From: Planctomycetota bacterium
GTDB taxonomy: Bacteria > Planctomycetota > Phycisphaerae > Sedimentisphaerales > Anaerobacaceae
NCBI GenBank assembly: GCA_019456195.1
Contig: VRUK01000069.1
Span: 1 to 31,419 of the forward strand
DNA: 31,419 bases
Direction: 5' to 3'
Part shown: one piece after another, positions 27,127 through 31,419 of the stretch
How positions within the stretch are numbered: position 1 is the first letter of the stretch
How the letters are laid out: each line of letters opens with the position of its first letter
Program-made: the position numbers and the translations under genes
Notes under the pieces: model-generated
Told to the model about the DNA's origin: nothing
Databases searched by the model: none
What the model saw: the letters and a program-made list of their open reading frames with translations, nothing else

Positions 27127-30100
27127 CTAATTGATTCCCAGTGCTTCCCTGACGGCGGCATCGGCCTTCGCTTCGGCCTCTTTGGCTTCCTTGATTTCCT
27201 TGGCCTCTTCAAATTCCTTCGGCAGCGGAACTTCCACAAGGTGCTTAACCTTTATATTCAAATACGGCTTGAAAGCCGTACCGGCCGGTATCAGGTGACC
27301 GAGTATTACATTTTCCTTCAATCCATGAAGCTCATCCACTTTACCAGCCAAAGAAGCCTCTGTCAAGACTTTAGTTGTTTCCTGGAAACTGGCCGCGGCG
27401 ATAAAGCTCTCAGACCACAGTGAAGCCTTCGTAATCCCCAAAAGCAACGTCTTGGCGGTCGCAGGCTTTGGTTTCCTTCCCGTGGCCCCGGCACCTCCAA
27501 TCAATTCAACCTTTTCGTTAATAGCGGCCAATTCCTTTTTATCGACAACCTGACCGACAACTAAATCAGACGCATCCCCAGCGTTAGTAATTTTGATACT
27601 GCTGGTTAATTTTTCATTCGCTCTTCTGAACACGAATTTATCAACAACCTCGCCCGGTAAAAACGAACTGTCACCCACAGACTCAATCTCGACTTTGCGC
27701 ATCATTTGAGAGCAGATAATTTCAATGTGTTTGTCGTTAATATTGACATTTTGTGAACGATAAACATTTTGAATCTCTATAGTCAAATACCTTTGCAGCG
27801 CCTCTTCGCCTTTTATCCGCAGAATATCATGCGGCACAAGCGGGCCGTCTGTCAGGGAATCTCCTGCTTCGGCTAAATCACCGGTGTGAACATTAAGGTG
27901 TCTGTCACGTGGGACGTGGTGCTCTTTTTCCATTCCGGATTCGGAACGTATTATAATCGTCATTTTACCCTTGCGCTTATCACTTCGCAACTCAACCCGA
28001 CCGCTGATCTCAGCCATTGCGGCGGGATCCTTGGGTTTGCGCGCCTCAAATACTTCGGTAACTCTGGGCAAACCACCTGTGATGTCCTGGGTACCGCCGG
28101 AAGCTCTGGGCTGATGGGCAAGCAGCTGACCCGCCTGAACACCCTGACCCTCATCAACCTCGATTCTGGCCCCAGCAGGCAGATAATGAACGTCGAGTAT
28201 CTTGCCATCCTTGTCTTCGATAATGATTTGCGGATGCTTATCGCCTTTATGCTCGATTACGATGGGTCTGCCAACCTGGCCTTTTCGCTCTTCCTCAATT
28301 CCAATCGTCTCGCCTTCGATAACATCAACAAACCGTATAAGCCCGGGCACCTCTGCCAATATTGGTGTACGGTGCGGGTCCCATTGGAATAACACAGATC
28401 CGGCTTTAACTTTCTGGCCGTCATCCACTAAAACAATGGCGCCATAAGGCACTTTGAATCGGTCCAATTCCCTGTCTTTTGCATCAAGAATAGCTATTTC
28501 GCCGTTACGTTTCAGCGCGACTATCTCCACTTTACTACTGCTTCGCTTGATGGAAACAGCATTGATATCACGATACTGCACACTTCCTGTGTGCGTGGCT
28601 TTCTGCTCGCGTTCAAGAATAGCTCTTTCGGCGACACCACCGGTATGGAATGTTCGAAGTGTCAACTGCGTACCCGGTTCCCCGATAGACTGTGCCGCAA
28701 TGATGCCGGCAGCCGAACCTTCTTCAATCAATTTCCCCGTACTCATATCCCATCCGTAACACTTTGCACAAACACCAAACGGACTGTCGCAGGTCAGGGT
28801 GCTCCTGATTCTGATGGCATCAAGCCCCAAAGCTTCAATCTTTGCCGCCGCTTCATGGTTGATAACCTCATTCTCCTTGACAATCATTTCATCCATAATC
28901 GGGTTACGAATATTATCTCTTGCTGTTCTACCGATAATAAGCTGTGAAAGAGGCACCTCAACCTGATCGCCCCTGCTGACTATGCCTTTGGTAATTCCCT
29001 GGAGCGTCTGGCAGTCTCTTTCAATTACAATCATATTCTGGGCAACATCGATAAGCTTCCTGGTAAGATATCCTGAATTAGCTGTTTTTAGTGCCGTATC
29101 GGCAAGTCCCTTACGTGCCCCGTGTGTTGAACTGAAATACTCAAGGACTGTCATTCCCTCTCTGAAGTTTGCCTTAATCGGCGTTTCGATAATTTCGCCG
29201 CTGGGCTTTGCCATTAGCGCTCTCATTCCCGCTAACTGCTGAATCTGATCTACACTTCCTCTTGCACCCGAATCACTCATGAGAAAGATGGGATTTAGGT
29301 AGGGCTTTCCGTCCTCAGTAGTATCATCTTTAAGCCCTTTCATCATTTCGTTCGTTACAGCGACTCTGGCGTTTGTCCAGGCATCGACAACCTGATTATA
29401 CCTTTCTCCCTCAGTCAAAACTCCGTTATCGTAGTTCTTACGTATTTTGGCTACTTTCTTTTCGGTTTGTTCGATAATCTGTGCCTTCTTCTTCGGTATT
29501 TTGATGTCCGTAATACCAAAGCTTAATCCGGCAAGAGTAGCATGTTTGAAACCCAAATCTTTTATTTTATCAAGCAGGTCCACCGTCTCGGCCGAGCCCG
29601 TGTATTTAAAACAGTCACTAATAACGAGGCTCAATATCTTTTGAGACATCGTCATATTGTAAAACGGCATTCCCTCCGGAAGCATATCGTTGAATATGCA
29701 TCTTCCAGCAGTTGTTTCAAGAATATCAGAATCCTCCGATTCGGATTCTCCAACTACTTTGATGTCATTTAAGCGGACTTTAATTCTATTGTGCAAACCA
29801 ATTTTACCTACTTCCATGGCCATAATGGCCTCGAAAGTATCCCGGAACAACCTAAACTCTTTTTTCCCGGAAACATCACGATGTTCTGCATACGTCAAAT
29901 AATAATTTCCCATCACCATATCCTGTGAAGGCCCGACCATCGGCGAACCATTGGCAGGTGAAAATATATTGGAGGTGGTCATCATTAAAATATGCGTCTC
30001 AGCCTGTGCTTCGATACTTAACGGTAAATGCACCGCCATCTGGTCGCCATCGAAGTCAGCATTGAATCCTCTGCAGGCCAGCGGATGCAGCATAATCGCG

Positions 30101-31419
30101 TTACCTTCAACAAGTACCGGCTCAAAGGCCTGAACACCCATTCTATGGAGTGTAGGTGCACGGTTAAGCAACACCGGATGCTGATGAATAACCTCTTCGA
30201 GTATGTCCCAGACCTGCTCATCACGACGCTCAATCATTCTCTTGGCGCTCTTAATCGTATCTGCCAGGCCACGCTGTTTCAGCTTGCGAATAATAAAAGG
30301 CTGATACAGCTCAAGAGCTATTTTCTTCGGTAATCCGCATTGATATAGTTTCAAATTAGGACCAACGACAATTACCGAACGGGCCGAATAATCCACACGC
30401 TTACCAAGCAGGTTCTCACGGAATCGTCCCTGTTTGCCCTTAATCATATCGGTCAGAGACTTTAGCGGGCGATTATTACTACCCAGAACAGAGCGCCTGC
30501 AGCGACCGTTATCAAGCAGAGAATCCACCGCCTGCTGAAGCATCCGTTTCTCATTGCGGATAATAACCTCAGGAGCGTTCAGATCCATCAGCTTCTTTAA
30601 ACGGTTGTTGCGATTGATAATTCTCCTGTAAAGGTCGTTTAAATCACTGGTAGCAAAATTATCTCTTTCGAGCAGAACCAGCGGCCTTAAATCCGGCGGA
30701 ATGACAGGGGCCACTTCTAGCACCATCCAATGCGCCTTATTGCTGCTGTTCTTGACCTGGTTGATAATCGTAAGTCGCTTTGTGAGGTCTTTTATCTTTT
30801 GCTTGCTGTTTGTCTTGCCTATGGCCTCTCTGAGCTGATCGCCGACTTCTTCAAGGTTGAGGTTTTCCAACAGAGCTTTGATGGCTTCGGCACCCATCCC
30901 GGCCTTAAACGCCTTGCCGTATTTCTTCTCAGCTTCTCTGAATTCTTCCTCACTGAGCAGTTGACCGACTTTCAAGGGGCTTTGTCCCGCCTCTGTTACG
31001 ACATACTCCTGGAAATAGATAATTTTCTCCAGGTCGGCGGATTTCATTGCCAAAAGGTTTCCAAGCCGATTTGGTATAGCTTTGAAAAACCATATATGCA
31101 CAACCGGAGCCGCCAGATTGATATGCCCCATTCGCTTTCTTCGGACGCGGCTATGGGTAACTTTAACTCCACATCGATCGCAAATTATTCCCTTGAACTT
31201 TGTACCTTTGTACTTTCCACAGGCACATTCCCAGTCACGTTCCGGTCCAAAGATTCGCTCGCAGAATAATCCGTCCTTCTCAGGACGATAAGTACGATAG
31301 TTGATAGTCTCAGGTTTTCGTACTTCGCCAAAAGACCAACTGCGAATATCATTGGGACTGGCCAACGAAATCTTGACCGAACCGTAGTCATTAATTCGAT
31401 CGTAAATACTTGCTAACAT
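27127..31419 (-). CDS. rpoC: DNA-directed RNA polymerase beta' subunit
   Basis: 1430 aa with an N-terminal Zn motif (CACGKYKG...CDRCG) and the catalytic NADFDGD. The ATG occupies the last 3 nt of the window. The N-terminus looks complete ([17 protein letters not shown] near residue 20), but an upstream start cannot be excluded. Confidence 0.95.
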   Translation of the reverse strand: MLASIYDRINDYGSVKISLASPNDIRSWSFGEVRKPETINYRTYRPEKDGLFCERIFGPERDWECACGKYKGTKFKGIICDRCGVKVTHSRVRRKRMGHINLAAPVVHIWFFKAIPNRLGNLLAMKSADLEKIIYFQEYVVTEAGQSPLKVGQLLSEEEFREAEKKYGKAFKAGMGAEAIKALLENLNLEEVGDQLREAIGKTNSKQKIKDLTKRLTIINQVKNSSNKAHWMVLEVAPVIPPDLRPLVLLERDNFATSDLNDLYRRIINRNNRLKKLMDLNAPEVIIRNEKRMLQQAVDSLLDNGRCRRSVLGSNNRPLKSLTDMIKGKQGRFRENLLGKRVDYSARSVIVVGPNLKLYQCGLPKKIALELYQPFIIRKLKQRGLADTIKSAKRMIERRDEQVWDILEEVIHQHPVLLNRAPTLHRMGVQAFEPVLVEGNAIMLHPLACRGFNADFDGDQMAVHLPLSIEAQAETHILMMTTSNIFSPANGSPMVGPSQDMVMGNYYLTYAEHRDVSGKKEFRLFRDTFEAIMAMEVGKIGLHNRIKVRLNDIKVVGESESEDSDILETTAGRCIFNDMLPEGMPFYNMTMSQKILSLVISDCFKYTGSAETVDLLDKIKDLGFKHATLAGLSFGITDIKIPKKKAQIIEQTEKKVAKIRKNYDNGVLTEGERYNQVVDAWTNARVAVTNEMMKGLKDDTTEDGKPYLNPIFLMSDSGARGSVDQIQQLAGMRALMAKPSGEIIETPIKANFREGMTVLEYFSSTHGARKGLADTALKTANSGYLTRKLIDVAQNMIVIERDCQTLQGITKGIVSRGDQVEVPLSQLIIGRTARDNIRNPIMDEMIVKENEVINHEAAAKIEALGLDAIRIRSTLTCDSPFGVCAKCYGWDMSTGKLIEEGSAAGIIAAQSIGEPGTQLTLRTFHTGGVAERAILEREQKATHTGSVQYRDINAVSIKRSSSKVEIVALKRNGEIAILDAKDRELDRFKVPYGAIVLVDDGQKVKAGSVLFQWDPHRTPILAEVPGLIRFVDVIEGETIGIEEERKGQVGRPIVIEHKGDKHPQIIIEDKDGKILDVHYLPAGARIEVDEGQGVQAGQLLAHQPRASGGTQDITGGLPRVTEVFEARKPKDPAAMAEISGRVELRSDKRKGKMTIIIRSESGMEKEHHVPRDRHLNVHTGDLAEAGDSLTDGPLVPHDILRIKGEEALQRYLTIEIQNVYRSQNVNINDKHIEIICSQMMRKVEIESVGDSSFLPGEVVDKFVFRRANEKLTSSIKITNAGDASDLVVGQVVDKKELAAINEKVELIGGAGATGRKPKPATAKTLLLGITKASLWSESFIAAASFQETTKVLTEASLAGKVDELHGLKENVILGHLIPAGTAFKPYLNIKVKHLVEVPLPKEFEEAKEIKEAKEAEAKADAAVREALGIN

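Noticed and set aside
12501-27239. The ORF track gives longer N-terminal extensions for secY (to 13958), rpmC (to 18568), rplE (to 17205), rpsH (to 16347), rplF (to 15949) and rpsL (to 27239).
   Set aside because: The extensions overlap the upstream gene or begin at non-ATG codons. Internal ATGs reproduce the canonical N-termini with sensible spacing, so the shorter coordinates were used.
7619-31269. Many track ORFs of 60-190 aa lie antisense to, or out of frame within, the ribosomal/rpoC/secY/fusA genes (for example 8571-8957, 13041-13433, 17462-17932, 19577-20119, 20692-21258, 27886-28392, 30730-31269).
   Set aside because: Each lies wholly inside a confidently identified conserved gene, has low-complexity or odd composition, and lacks an RBS. 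They are shadow ORFs.
1-31419. I searched by eye for CRISPR-like regularly spaced repeats, IS terminal inverted repeats, transposase or integrase ORFs, rRNA and additional tRNAs.
   Set aside because: None was found. The only RNA gene supported is tRNA-fMet at 6723-6796.

Overview
The window has two parts. (A) Positions ~6.7-31.4 kb are an ordinary, tightly packed housekeeping block, entirely on the minus strand. It runs rpoC - rpsL - rpsG - fusA - (475-nt gap, no tuf) - S10 operon (rpsJ rplC rplD rplW rplB rpsS rplV rpsC rplP rpmC rpsQ) - spc operon (rplN rplX rplE rpsN rpsH rplF rplR rpsE rplO secY adk map infA rpmJ; no rpmD/L30) - alpha operon (rpsM rpsK rpsD rpoA rplQ). A HIT-family hydrolase gene and an initiator tRNA-fMet with an intrinsic terminator follow. 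Several longest-ORF calls in the supplied track over-extend the N-termini, and I re-set those starts by reading the start codons directly. An rpmJ gene (37 aa, below the track's size cutoff) was found by hand translation. (B) Positions 1-6.7 kb are a plus-strand accessory segment abutting the 3' side of the tRNA. It holds a small 2-TM protein and a translationally coupled pair: a 524-aa calcineurin-like metallophosphoesterase with a very large insertion, and a 658-aa CHAT (caspase-like) protease. The pair's DNA is visibly more GC-rich than everything around it. Downstream are a stand-alone RyR-domain protein with its own sigma70-like promoter and a small unknown ORF pair. The phosphoesterase-CHAT operon, possibly with its neighbours, is the best candidate for an undescribed conflict/defence-type or cell-death system, but that function is inference only. 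No CRISPR array, IS element, integrase or rRNA was seen. The taxon is not identifiable from sequence alone. The gene order (no tuf after fusA, no L30, Zn-type S14/L36/S4) is compatible with PVC-type or other non-proteobacterial lineages, but that is a weak guess.
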